Shown: positions 16,117-29,400 of the stretch, piece by piece | Layout: every line of letters begins with the position of its first letter | How positions within the stretch are numbered: position 1 is the first letter of the stretch | Assembly: GCA_018398765.1 (NCBI GenBank) | Contig: JAHBMJ010000383.1 | Location: 1 to 49,356, forward strand | Source: Chromera velia | Lineage: Eukaryota | Direction: 5' to 3' | DNA length: 49,356 bases | Program-made: the position numbers and the translations under genes | Notes under the pieces: model-generated | Databases searched by the model: none | Seen by the model: only the letters and a program-made list of their open reading frames with translations | Told to the model about the DNA's origin: nothing

Positions 16117-18043
16117 AAAATTGTCAAAAACATTAGATTTTTTTCAGACTATAACCTGAATTGCACCTTTTTAACAATTTGACAAAAATGGCACTTAATT
16201 AAAAAATATTTATATTTTTAAGTTCTAGGGAGTTATAATTTTCCTAGTGTTGACTATTTACAATTGATAAGCGTTTAGTATTCTAGAAGAAAACAATGGC
16301 TAGCGGTGTTTCCCTAGTGTAAAACAGAGTGAACACGTTGTTTATACGAATAAAAAACCGAGCTAACTTAGCCTCAGCTAAGCCTTGCTTCAATTAAAGA
16401 TATATGGTGTGCCGCTCGGTTTGCACTTGAGACCAGTACTTTATAATCAAAACCTGCGCTACCCACCGTAATTGCTGAAGCGTCATCTGTCTTTTTTGTT
16501 CCGTCGCCCGTTGACGCTGGAGGTCCCGTGCCTTTTGGTTATTTTCTTTTTCTTCAGCCGTCAATGCAATTACAAGTAGAAGCGTATGTTCTGGCCGCAT
16601 CTTTTGTGGGATATGATCAATTAATGTTTATTTGAGGACGTATTCAGAGGAAAAGTGATAGTCAGACCATAGAAGATATGAGTCAGTCCGGTAAACATCC
16701 TTAACAACATTATCTCAAAATTTCTGGAATGTTACCAAAACGTGTTCTCACGTAATATTCATGAGCCATTCTTGTCGCGACTCAAACAAACGGGTCAAAC
16801 TCTTTAACCGATATTCTGAAAATAACTCAAGCAAAAGTTTTTCTAGGTACTCCAACCGAGTCTTACTCAGAGTATTTACAAATACTAGAACACACACTAT
16901 AGAGACATCCCATGGATAACATAGGTGGTATTGATTGAACCGCTGGTCAGCAGACTTATGAGTACTGCCAATCTTGATTAAGACTGAACTGCCAATCAAC
17001 GGGTTCTCAAATGCGTACAAAACAGGACGATTAACATTAATAAGACAAGAGATTGCACCTCCTGCAGGCATGTTTATTTTTTATTTATTGTTTGTACATA
17101 CTTTCAAGTTAATATCAAGAAGCATATTTTTTTTCACAATATATATACAAACTGATGAATCATATTAGTGAAAGTATCTGATATATTTTTATTAGATACA
17201 TACGGACAAGAACTCTTGATCAAGCAGGAAAAGAAGATAGAATCTTTATTTTTTTATCTTTTTTTCAATCTTGACAAATCACTTTATGAATATGTTTCAA
17301 TAAGCCTTTGCAGCTAGAAAAAAGGGACACAAAGAAAATGCTACACAATAAAAATTATACATATCCAGTGTATCTCTTATATTTAATTAGATAAAGACTG
17401 CATATTTTCTATTCTCCATCTTTTTCTTTCTTTTCGCATATGTGTGCTTTGACAAACAGACAAAAGCAGAGAAGCGTCAAATAAAATAAACTATTGTAGC
17501 TCATATAACACTGTATCCTACCAAACCTTACAAAAAACATATACAAACGTATACGCAAGGGTTGCTGCAGCTGTGTATACTTTTTTCTACTCTTTTCTAT
17601 TCTATCTGCCCTTCTCACATCTTGTGATGGACATGGATAGATACAAGAACAGAGAGTGAAAAATATAGACAGACCGGCGAATACTGACAAACAAATGTAT
17701 GCACATATACAGACAACCGTTTAACATTCTTTTTATCTGTATGTTTTTGATATATATTGATGTAAATAAATGCATGTTTAGTTTGCAAGTTCTGTATCAA
17801 GCTTCTAGTACAACATAGTATATATTTTACAGTGCTGAAACAGTTATACCTTTCTGGTTTACTGATGACTTTTTTGATACAAAGAGCCACTGTTTTACAA
17901 ACAGAAAAGGTAGAATCTAGTTTATAATAAAATTATCAAAAGTTTCAAGTTTTTTCAACATCACAACCTAAATTGCACCTTCTTGACAATTTGACAAAAA
18001 TGACGCTTAATTGAAAAGTATTTATATTTTTGAATATTAGAGG
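16117..18043. repeat. Pair of ~115-bp diverged direct repeats (about 16117-16230 and 17929-18043) bracketing an AT-rich segment
   Basis: AACCT(G/A)AATTGCACCTT...ACAATTTGACAAAAATG...CTTAATT...TATTTATATTTTT occurs twice. Confidence 0.8.
16394..17071 (-). pseudogene. T5orf172/MUG113-like (GIY-YIG superfamily) domain pseudogene
   Basis: LYAFEN...LIKIGST...QRFNQY...YP...LEKLLLELFSEYRL...QEW resembles the T5orf172 pattern (YKIG.T...RL..L...P...E..LH..F...R...EWF). ORFs 16748-17071 and 16394-16600 are in the same frame, separated only by TGA/TAA stops. Confidence 0.6.
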
Positions 18044-18211
18044 GAAAAGTGTACGGTATAGGTATATTATGCAATAAGCCTCATATTTATAGTTTTGATC
18101 TGGTGGATGTACTCATATATTAAGCTTCTTTCAAAAATGTTACACACACACATACACACACACACACACACACATACACACATACACACATACAAACATA
18201 CATATATATAT

Positions 18212-18255
<44 letters not shown>

Positions 18256-18272
18256 ATTCACATACATATACA

Positions 18273-18317
<45 letters not shown>

Positions 18318-19136
18318 TCTCAGAGAGAGAGAGAAAGAGCTAGGAGAGAGAGAGAGAGAGGCAAGCATACATAGAGACAGAGAGACAGGCAGTTAGGAAC
18401 ACTGACTCACATATATAAACACACAGCCCTGCTCAGGATTTGAAAAAAAAAAAATGGAGAGAGAGGGGAAAAGAACGGGGTTTCGTTTCATACAAAAAAA
18501 AAAATTCTGATGGGAAGTGGTATCTCAACATTAAGAAAAATAACCGATTCTGTGACAAAACGCAAATAGAAAAAAGCTGACAGATTATAAATTTATTATT
18601 CTTTTTAAGCCCAAAGGGCTGTAGATATGGGAAAGGTAAAAAGGCTTTCAAGATCGAAAAAAAGCGTAAGCAGACAGATAGATAGATAGATCGATAGACA
18701 GATGGATGAATGGATAGATAGACAGTCAACTGGCTAGCCAACTAGCCAGTCCACCAGGAATGGAGAAGAGATTGGAAATAGAAAGGGTCGATGATTCAGA
18801 AATAGTTAACTTTCAAAACTTGTGTGGCGCTGAAGGCGAAAGAGTTTGCACAGGCACATTTTTAATATCTCCGCAACCCAGAAATCATGAGCTCACTATG
18901 AATAAAACTGCGGGAGGATCCGAAGTGTTATAGTTTAAAAAGGTCAGTGGTTTACAAAAGGTAAGGGCCAAGGCTCTCCACATAACAAAAATAGACTACG
19001 CACATACATGCAACTTACCAGCATTGGAACACCCTGGCAATTATCTCCCAGAGTATTCGCTTTGCCATCTCTGTCTTTGGGAGGTTCACCACCCTCTCTT
19101 CCTTATAAGCAAATCTCTTCAGGGCTTCAAACGCAT

Positions 19137-20038
19137 CCCGGCAGTGACCTATGTGATAATAGACCCTATTTGGGGCTCTCAGATGGTAAAAAAAATAAAA
19201 ACACTTTGTATAGTAAAGTTAAGCCTATATATAATATGGTTATGACTTTTTTAACACTTTTAAAGGTTTTTTACACATTTTAGCTTGTTTAAAAGTTTAT
19301 ATATTTGCCTTAAAAAAGCTTTAAAAAGGCTTCTTAACTATAGGTATAACATAGATGGGGGCAGGTCCCCTGGAGCGCAGGGAGAGTTCCTTGGATTGCC
19401 AGTGTCTGAGACTCAGTCTAGTAATATACGGTAATACATAGGATCAACAGATGGAAAACAACGATGCAGACGATGAAAACAATGTACAGCTTGTATCTCT
19501 TAGCATTGCGGGGTTACTGGAAACTTAGCATTGCGGGGTTACTGGCAACAGACAATATGCTTAACGGGGTATTGCATGGTAGACAGAGAGATCTGAGGGG
19601 GTGACTGGGGGTGCCGGGTCACCATGGGGCGGCGGGCGGTGGCGGGGCCTCAGCGTCAGTGCGGGGGCTGAGTGTGCAATTCGGAAGGCTCACTAGATCT
19701 AGATATACAATTCTGTGTACCAAATGTTTGAGAGATGCTGGCGTTTTCATAAAAACACCCCTATTTAGCCTACATTTTTATCTCATAATGATTGCCACCT
19801 CCATGATACGTATATTGCCCCCATAGTTGGGAGACCTTTTTAAAGCCTTTTTAAGGCAAATATATAATCTTCTAAACAAGTTAGAACATGTAAAAAACCT
19901 TTAAAAGTGTTAAAAAAGTTATAATTATGCTATATATAGGCTTAATTTTACTATATAAAGTGTTTTTAATTTTTTTACCATCTGAGAGCCCCTTACATAA
20001 GTGAAATAGGGTCCATTATCACATAGATCACTGCCGGG
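19137..20038. mobile_element. Non-autonomous TIR element (~215-bp TIRs, CCCGGCAG termini, 2-bp AT TSD; CMC/EnSpm-like)
   Basis: About 19137-19350 is the reverse complement of about 19812-20038, with an 11-bp indel. Flanks are CGC-AT and AT-GCG, so the empty site would read CGCATGCG. The superfamily is inferred from termini and TSD only. Confidence 0.8.
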
Positions 20039-21060
20039 ATGCGAAGGTAGTTTTTGCTACCCACAAACAACTGTAGTCATTGTGGAAGCGGTTTTACTCC
20101 AGCGCTTCTATTAATAACACCCCAAAGAATCACGCCTTATTATGTGTTTTCTATTTAGAACAGACATCAAAGAAAATTTTGTAAGAGCAATCCATTTTTT
20201 TTTTTATTTTTTTGTTTGTATGTCTTTGTCTCTTCACCTTAAAGTTTCTGTGTTGTTCTGTCCGTAACTATCTACCAGAAGTTCAACTCTGTTTGGATTG
20301 GAGTCTCTCCAGCGGCTTGTTTGCTGTACATCTATTAATCTTCAGCCCCCTGCTGCACATGCATCTTTATAGAGAGCCCGTTCCGTCTGCCTGCGAGACC
20401 TGTACATAAGAAGCAGGGAGGGCCTACAGGGAGGGCGGGTAGCCGGTCTTCTCTCTCTACCCTCATTTTTTCTCACTCCATACAGACGAGCGAGAGAACT
20501 TTCTCAAAACTTCGAACAAGTTCTTAGGGCAATCACCTATATATAGATGGAGGTTGTGTTGGATACCAAGAGACTTCATATAAATATATATCCGTACGTA
20601 TATGACGTACACGTGTTGTTTGTTAGATCTCAGCCTGGTGGCATCCTGGTGGCACCAGACTGAATTTGACTGGCGGGAGCCGCGGCTGGGGACTATATAG
20701 CTGTGCGCGTGCACACCGATACACAGAGAAACGGACAGGACCTATGCCTAGGCAAGATGCATACTGGTCTTACAAAGGACCAGAGAGACACTACACATGC
20801 ATGCAGAGAATCATCAGAGAATCACAAAGAGCATGCATGCATGCATGATTGCACACATGCATGCACCGTCAAGTCGATTCCGGAAGGCGTCCACGATCGA
20901 GGCACTGGAAGTTGCCCAAGTGCTTCAAGAGCGAGAGAAACACCACAGTTCACTCACTAGCTGCTAAAGTCAATCAAACGACGGCGTCTTTCCATCTTTC
21001 GTGAGTCCCAGACGGAAAGAAAAAGTGAAAAGAAGAAAAAAGGCCTGCATGTACGTAAAG

Positions 21061-22875
21061 ATGGGGCCAGCGTGGTCAGTTAAAGTTCTGCTAACGCTTG
21101 GACTCCTCCATCTTCTTCTGCCTGCACAAGCATCTCTGACATGCAGCAGTTCAACAGACAGGGACACTTACCTGAATGCACACTTTCTTCCGGACAGTTG
21201 TTGGACAGCCTTGACCTACAACGACGTCCAATACATTTATGACATCACCCGCTTGATCAACAACCACGGGCACGGAGGCAACCGGGTCCTCGAGTCCCTC
21301 TGCGGGTCCGTCGGCACTTACTACTTCTACTGCAATCACACGTCAGCTGACATCTACAGTGCCGAGAAGGCGGGGTTGATCACTCAGATCTGCGAGGTGT
21401 CTGGTGTCACCGTGACCAGTCAGGACACAGTCAGGTCGGACTGTCTGGCGGGGACCGGAGGGCCGACATCGTCGGGAAGTACAGTAGCGGCCTCGACAGT
21501 GTCCTCTCACGATGCGGCAACTGACTGTTGGACAGCGATAGGGGGGTTGGTGTATGACATCACCAGTTACATGACCATCCACCCTGGAGGGAAGTCCAAC
21601 CTGGTGGCGCGTCTCTGCGGCTTGGATGGCACGGACGTGTTTCGAGATTACCACCCGGACAGTTACCTCCAAGGGGCGATAGACGGGGGTTTCATAGAAC
21701 TCCAAGGGCCCTTGAGCGGATCTCTGACGAGCAATTCCCTCAGCACTACGTACACAGGAATCACGTTGAGTACCCTGCAGAGTCACGCTACGACAACGGA
21801 CTGCTGGACACGGGTCGGTCAGTGTTGCGTGAGAGCATGCATGCTTCCAGTCGGTCAAAACACTGAGAGGCACTTGGCCTACAAATAAGTAACCACTGGG
21901 CGAAATGAGTGGCACTTGTCGGAAACATTTTGATTGTTTGATAAATGTCTCTCAGTGTGCATGTCTCTAAGTGAGAAAAAGAGAAATGGGGAGAAATCAC
22001 TGTTTTGACAGTGTCTGTCGATCTTCCTGTCTCTCTGTCTGCATTTCTGTACTATGGCTGCATCCCGAGCCGTTGAGTCGTTTTTGTCTTGTCACTTCTT
22101 GTTCTGTCTCTTCGCTCAGGTTGGAGACTTCGTGTATGACGTGACAGAATTTCAAAATGCGCACCCGGCAGGCCCCACAGTCTTTACGTGTGGGGGCGAT
22201 AGCACGAACATCTTCAGGTCAGTCAGTCGGTCCATCAGTCCATATTGATTTGGATAGACTACTGTTGGGATGCATTCTCTTTTGTGTTTGTCTCGACCTA
22301 TCCTTTCTGGCTTCTCTTTGTTGTACCTTGTTCGTTCACGACTTTCCTTCCTTCCACAATTTCTGTCATCCACTGGAACATTCTTTCCTTTCCTTGCCTC
22401 TTAGGTGCTGTATAGGGGGGGAAATTGTTGTCTTCAGTTAGAATACTGAGAGGGCAACGCGCAAATGTGCAGTTGGCCCCACTTTTTGCACGTATGTATG
22501 TTTGTTTCTTTGTTAAGGCAACACCTTTGTTCGGATGTTGTTCTTCGTTGAACAGTCGCATTCGAATTCATTGGATACCTTCGAACGTTCTCAGGGGGCA
22601 ACACCCGAACGAGTACCTGACGAGAGATGAGATCACAAAATACCTCAAGGGTCGTCTTTCCGTCTCTGTCTGGTCCGACAGCATCGAGGAAGAAGCATAC
22701 TTCTCCACCCTCACGACGACAACAACGGTGTGTGTTTATTCCTTCCTTCTCTAGCTCTTTATTCTTTTGGACCGCGCTTCCAATGCCATACAGACGACTG
22801 CCCGACGTAGTAGCTTCCGCCAGATGTTTATACACACCTGCTCCTCTGTCCCCCCCCCCCCCNNNNNNNNNNNNN

Positions 22876-22919
<44 letters not shown>

Positions 22920-22974
22920 CTCGCTCTCGCTCTCTCTCTCTCTCTCTCCCTCTCTCTCTCTCTCTTTCTCTCTC

Positions 22975-23011
<37 letters not shown>

Positions 23012-23066
23012 CTCGCTCTCGCTCTCTCTCTCTCTCTCTCCCTCTCTCTCTCTCTCTTTCTCTCTC

Positions 23067-23103
<37 letters not shown>

Positions 23104-23158
23104 CTCGCTCTCGCTCTCTCTCTCTCTCTCTCCCTCTCTCTCTCTCTCTTTCTCTCTC

Positions 23159-23199
<41 letters not shown>

Positions 23200-23254
23200 C
23201 TCGCTCTCGCTCTCTCTCTCTCTCTCTCCCTCTCTCTCTCTCTCTTTCTCTCTC

Positions 23255-23299
<45 letters not shown>

Positions 23300-23362
23300 C
23301 TCGCTCTCGCTCTCTCTCTCTCTCTCTCCCTCTCTCCCTCTCTCTCTCTCTCTTTCTCTCTC

Positions 23363-23413
<51 letters not shown>

Positions 23414-26400
23414 AGTTGCGGGTGTGTGTAGTTGTGGATGTGTATGCATGTACTTGTGCTCTAAGTAAAACAGCACGGGAACTGTATGAGGCGCCCAGGT
23501 AATGCGAGATGCACAGTCAGTCAAGATGTGGATAGAGCTCTCTCTTGAATTCGCTCTCCCTCCCGTTCGGGTTAGTTGTCATGAGTCCATGCAGGTGTTG
23601 TATTCTCTTTTTTTTTTCTGCATAAAAGTAAATGCAGGTGCTGTATTCTGACATGTCGAGCCACAGCAGCTCTTCCGACTGCTGGGTTTCCGTCCACTGC
23701 ACTGTGTACGACGTCACAAATTTTCTCGACGACCACACGGGAGACAGTCTCTTCTCCGACAACGGAGGCATCACAAAGTAAGTAAGTGGGGGATGGGGCC
23801 ATTCAAGTAAGTGGGGGATGGGGCCATTCATTCATTGTTGCCATGCATGGATCTGTGAATGCATCCATCATCCGATCTTTGGTGTTTGTTTGTTTGTTTG
23901 TTTTGTTTGTTTGTTTTTTGTTTGTTTGTTTGTTTGTTTTTTGTTTGTTTGTTTTTTATTTATTTGTTTGTTTGTTTGTTTGTTTTTTGTTTGTTTTTTA
24001 TTTGTTTGTTTGTTTGTTTTTTGTTTGTTTTTTGTTTGTTTGTTTGTTTATTTGTTTGTTTTTTGTTTGTTTGTTTGTTTGTTGTTTGTTTGTTTGTTTG
24101 TTTGTTGTTTGTTTTTTTGTTTGTTGTTTGTTTGTTTGTTTGTTTGTTTTTTGTTTGTTTGTTTGTTTGTTTGTTTTTTGTTTGTTTGTTTGTTTGTTTG
24201 TTTTTTGTTTGTTTTTTGTTTGTTTGTTTTTTGTTTGTTTTTTGTTTGTTTGTTTGTTTGTTTTTTATTTATTTATTTGTTTGTTTGTTTGTTTGTTTGT
24301 TTGTTTTTTGTTTGTTTTTTATTTGTTTGTTTGTTTGTTTGTTTGTTTGTTTGTTTTTTGTTTATTTGTTTGTTAGTTGTTTGTTTGTGTGTTTGTTTGT
24401 TTTTTGTTTGTTTGTTTGTTTGTTTGTTTGTTTTTTGTTTGTTTGTTTGTTTGTTTGTTTTTTGTTTGTTTTTTGTTTGTTTGTTTGTTTTTTGTTTGTT
24501 TGTTTTTTATTTATTTATTTGTTTGTTTGTTTGTTTGTTTGTTTTTTGTTTGTTTTTTATTTGTTTGTTTGTTTGTTTGTTTTTTGTTTGTTTTTTGTTT
24601 GTTTGTTTGTTTGTTTGTTTTTTATTTATCTATTTGTTTGTTTGTTTGTTTGTTTGTTTTTTGTTTGTTTTTTATTTGTTTGTTTGTTTGTTTTTTGTTT
24701 GTTTGTTTGTTTTTTGTTTGTTTGTTTTTTATTTATTTATTTGTTTGTTTGTTTGTTTGTTTGTTTGTTTTTTGTTTTTTATTTGTTTGTTTGTTTGTTT
24801 CTTGTTTGTTTGTTGTTTGTTTGTTTATTTATTTGTTTTTTGTTTGTTTGTTTTTTGTTTGTTTGTTTGTTTGTTTGTTTGTTTGTTTGTTTTTTGTTTG
24901 TTTGTTTGTTTGTTTGTTTGTTTGTGTTTTTGTTGGCCTTTTAGCTTCACGCTTAATTCCCTTGTTTGGTGCATTGAGTTGATTGATTGCAGAAATTGCG
25001 GCACAGACATCACGAATCTGTTCGATGCGATCAGACACCCGAACTCGTACCTCAGGGTGGCCACACTGAAGGGGGCAGTGAAGAAGGGGAGGCTCTCAGG
25101 GTGCAACGAAAACACACTGCATGACACAAGCCTGACGGAAAGAAGCGCATATGAAATCACGGCCACAGCCACTTACACAATCCAGTATGGAGTCACGGGG
25201 GCGGCTGGATTCACAGGATCGACATCAGACATTGCGGCGGCAATCTACGGGCGAATGGTGCGTGCATTTACCTTCATACAGAAAAAAAAAATGAGACATT
25301 GCGGCAGAAATCTTGAGACGAATGGTGCGTGAGAAACAAAAAGGGAGCGAAGGGGGGGAGAAGGGCAGATATGTGCCTTGGATAACACAACTGCAGACAG
25401 ACCGAAAAGGGTGAAATAGGGGGACCCTATACTTCATTGGGAAATATGAAATTCAAAGTCTTACTCTCTTTCCCTCTCTCCCTCTCTTTCTTGTTTTTTC
25501 TCTCTGTTCTGCTGATTCGGTGTCTTCTGCTCCTGTTTACAGGGCGGGTTTTCCAGAGGGTTTTCTGTCTCTGTTTCCAGCTGCACGGCTGCCTCAACCA
25601 ACGTTCTCCAGTGCACAATGACGCTGGGATTCAAGGACTACGACACGATTGAAGACATCCTCTTGTTCATGGACCATCCGAGGGGTTTTGCTAAGGCGAC
25701 CTTCCAGACTGTAGACCCAACTGCTACTTCAGGTCCCTGGGTGGGTGGGTGGGTTGTATTGGGTGGTAGTAGGTAAACTTGGGTTGCCGGAATACTTGAA
25801 ACAAATGTGACAGAGAGCGGGAAAGTTGATGTCGCCTTCAACTTTTTGTTGATGATAATTTTTCAAAATTTCAGTCTCAAAGCTGCACACATCAATGTTT
25901 CCCATGCTGATTCATCTTCTTGCCGTGTCTTTGTTTTTTTGAACATAAATCTTCCTTCTTCCTTCTGTCTGCCTCTGAATTTCTTGCCTCTCAAGTTCAC
26001 CCTGCCCGCCCTCTCTCTGTCCCTTCTATCAGGCCCCACCATCTCGGTCAGCAATTCCCGCAGAAGAACGCAGGAGGAACACCAAGCAGAGATCCGGAGA
26101 AGGTCCCTCCAGTTGGCTTCACAGGTCAGTCAGTTTGAAGATGGCACCAACGTTCGTCAGAATATGTTGTGAGCAAATCTAGAAATTTGCTCGACAAAAT
26201 AGGATGTTTGGATTAAGTGCGCACGTCCCATCTTTGCATCTCTAGCTGTCTTAATCTTCATCGGTTCCCACCTGATGTGTTCCTGAAATGATGTCTCCTT
26301 TTCCTTTTTTCGTTTCATTTTTGGCTGCCCTTTCTTCCATATTCTCTGTCCACACTTGCAGGCTCCAATGGACGCACCACAGTCGCTTGCAGTCCAGGGG

Positions 26401-29400
26401 TGTGTCTTCTCTGCATTGTATGGGCATGCACGCTTGTGTGCGTAGATACAGTTGCCGGATGTGTCTGCCCGCATGCCCAATAAATCAATATCCATCAGTC
26501 CATCCATCCACCCGATTATGTTGTATTCCTTCAGGCCTCCTTGGGGACCTCTTCTCTCCCGCAAGTGGGGATCGGCCAGGTGAGGGGGGGGGGATAGGGG
26601 CAGCTAGGGGGACGAAGAATCAGATTGGGATGGGATGGGAAATAATAAACAAACAAGCATCGTGGACGGGAGCCAATTCAGGTGGCAGTGCACAAACAAT
26701 CAGACGAAGATTGATTAGCCTGTCGTTGATTTCCACAACGATCGAATGGATCTGCTGTAAGTTAGTTGGCTGGCGTTGCATAACTTGCGCGAAGAACCTA
26801 TGCATTACAACTTAGGGGAAAAACTCATGAATCTGTACACGATCAAGCTCAGTGAAGAGAAACGCGAACTTCTTTCTGTATTGATCCGTATGGAACGATG
26901 TTTTCTTCGTGGACTGTCAATAGAATTAATTGTGTGTTCGAACAATTGAGCTGCAGGTGGGGGATCACACCACCTCAGCGGACTGCTGGGTGGCAGTGCA
27001 TTCGAAAGTATACGACTGTGCCCAGGTGCGTTAATTCGTAGACTGGCCCAACGTTGGGTCTATAGGGAATCAGACGGCCGCCTTGCAAGGTGACACCCCG
27101 AGTGTCGCGATCCGATCAGTTCTGTTTTGTGCTTTGACTGTTCTGTTCAGTCAGTGAGTGAGAGAAACAGGGTATAAATTCGATTCTCCCAGGTGTTCTC
27201 TTTATTGACCAATATGCGTGGAAACGAATAATGTGTATTCCTTTGCCAGACAGTTCGGGGATATATTCACATTTTGCCATCTTTTTGACGTTTTGCCACC
27301 AAATCTTTGTGTGTGCGGTGAGCGCGTGAATCATTTTTTAGCTCTTTCTGTCCTTCTCCCTTTCGCTTTTTCTCTGTCTTTCTCTGTGCGTGGCTGTCGC
27401 TCTTAAAGTCTCTCATGATCTCTTCATAGCTAAGAAAATGACCCTTTACCGAGAGATCAAGCTTTTGCACCTTGACTCTAGTGTAGACACATTCGATCCA
27501 ATGTTGTGCAAGAGAAATGAACAGGCAAGAGCCCGTAGCTCACTTCTTGAACTTAGTACCTTTACATGCATGAGTTCAGGGTGCAACTTCCCATCCCGGA
27601 GGTTCCCTGTTCAACAAGGGCTTCTGCGGCGTCGACTCGACCTCATCCTTCAACTCCAAACACGCACTGTCGTACCTGGACGCAGCTCGCATGAGCAACA
27701 TTGGATGCACTCAGGTCGGTTTCCGTTTGGGGCTCTATGGAAAATTGAAATCTTCATCGACTGCATGGAGAGAAAGGGGATGTCATCGGCCTGCAGGGAA
27801 TGAAACAGATCATGCACTGAAGGAAGCGGTAAGCCTGCAAAGGCCGGGAGGTTAATTTGATCTGTTCGGCTGTCATTTTAAGGGGTGGACAAGAAGAAGA
27901 ATGATGACACGTAGAGCCCCGCATGACTGAATTCGGTGAAAGCATCCGTGCGTTCATTCATGCAGGTTGCGACACTTGCAAACCAGATGGGGGCCCGTCT
28001 CTCGGCGGCCTCAGTTCCCGGTGTGATGCCCTCAGTGACTGTCAGCCTCACAGGGGGCGGCACAGAGGCTCTCGAGGCCCATTCAAGCTCTTCTGACTGC
28101 TGGATGGCGATCTGGGGAAATGTCAGTCAGTTGTTACTTCACTCTGTCAGTCTCCTTTTGACGGTCTCATACTTCAGCCAGGCCTCCTTGAAGTTCAACG
28201 TGCTTCCTTGTCTCTAACTTTCTGCCTCCGCAATTAATGTCGGCATGTGAAGTCTCTATCTGCGACCACGGCTCTCTCCAAAGATTCCTTTTAGGTCCCT
28301 ACAGGGAAGCTTGTTGTTGTCTTGAAGTGCATATTCGTTTCAGTGAGGCGCTTCTCGACCTTACATATGAGCTTTAATCGTCACGTATCTGCAGGTGTAC
28401 ACCGCTGGAACGACCATCAGCCAGCACGACGGGGGGTCGGCTGTGGTGGCTGCGCTGTGCGGCATTGACGCGACGGCCTCGTTCACGTGCTGGCACGGAA
28501 CAGAAGAGCTGAACGATGCGATCGCAGACTGGGGATTCGCCCTTGTGGGCACAACGACGTCGCAGCTGGGGAGTGGGTGCTCGTGGAGCGCTCCCGCGAG
28601 TGAGTGAGTGAGTGAGTGAGGGAGTGAGGGAGTGAGGGAGTGAGTGAGGGAGTGAGCGAGAAGGGGAGACAGAGAGAGTCGAAGCGTGGAAGGATGGACT
28701 GGGTGAGAGATTTGGCGAAGAGGAGGAAATGTTTTTGTCTGCTTGTCCGGCATACTGTGAGCCTTTGGTAGCATGATGTACCTGCATGACACATCAATTG
28801 AGCCGCACATGCATGCATGCTCATTTTGCCCCTGTGTGCATCATGAAACTGTTTCTACTGCCTTGTCCTCTTTGAATGTTTGCGTCTCTTCTCTGACTTT
28901 GAGTTCTATTCTGTTCTATGCTATCTTTTTTCTTCATGACAGATCTGGGAGGCGTCGAAGGGACCGAAGTTGCAGCACATAACACAGCGTCCGATTGTTG
29001 GGCTGCCATCAACGGGTAAGAGAGTAAGTGCATGAGGCAGCTAGGCGGCTAGTCAGTCAGAAAGCTGCCGGCACTACAGCAGGGCATGCCGGGGCCTTTG
29101 ACCTCTTTTTTGATGGGCTCTTGCTTGAATGAAGACCCAACCGAAGCAAAGCACAGCATAGTACAGCGAGATAGCCAAAACGCGTCATTTCGGTTTGCGA
29201 GAAAGGAAGTGCGACAGACTCGGCGGACTTGCACTTGTCTTCATTCTTTGCCAGGGTCCATGCAGATTATCATGCCACGTTTTTAGTTTTTGCCGCCCCC
29301 CGGGGTTCCCCCGAACACCCATCAGTTCTTCTTCCTTCTCGGCCATTTATTGTTTTGATTTGATCCGATCGAATCTGATTCTTCATCTATGTGGCATGCA

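Noticed and set aside
21001..21060. Upstream extension of exon 1 (GTG start at 21001, ATG at 21049)
   Set aside because: The GTG start is an ORF-finder convention. ATG 21061 directly precedes the signal peptide; ATG 21049 cannot be excluded but adds only 4 aa.
22627..23468. LS/RE-repeat ORFs
   Set aside because: (CT)n microsatellite next to an assembly gap.
23786..24982. Long hydrophobic ORFs (up to 504 aa) rich in F/V/C/L
   Set aside because: They are translations of a (TTTG)n microsatellite inside intron 4; only 24993-25257 is a plausible exon.
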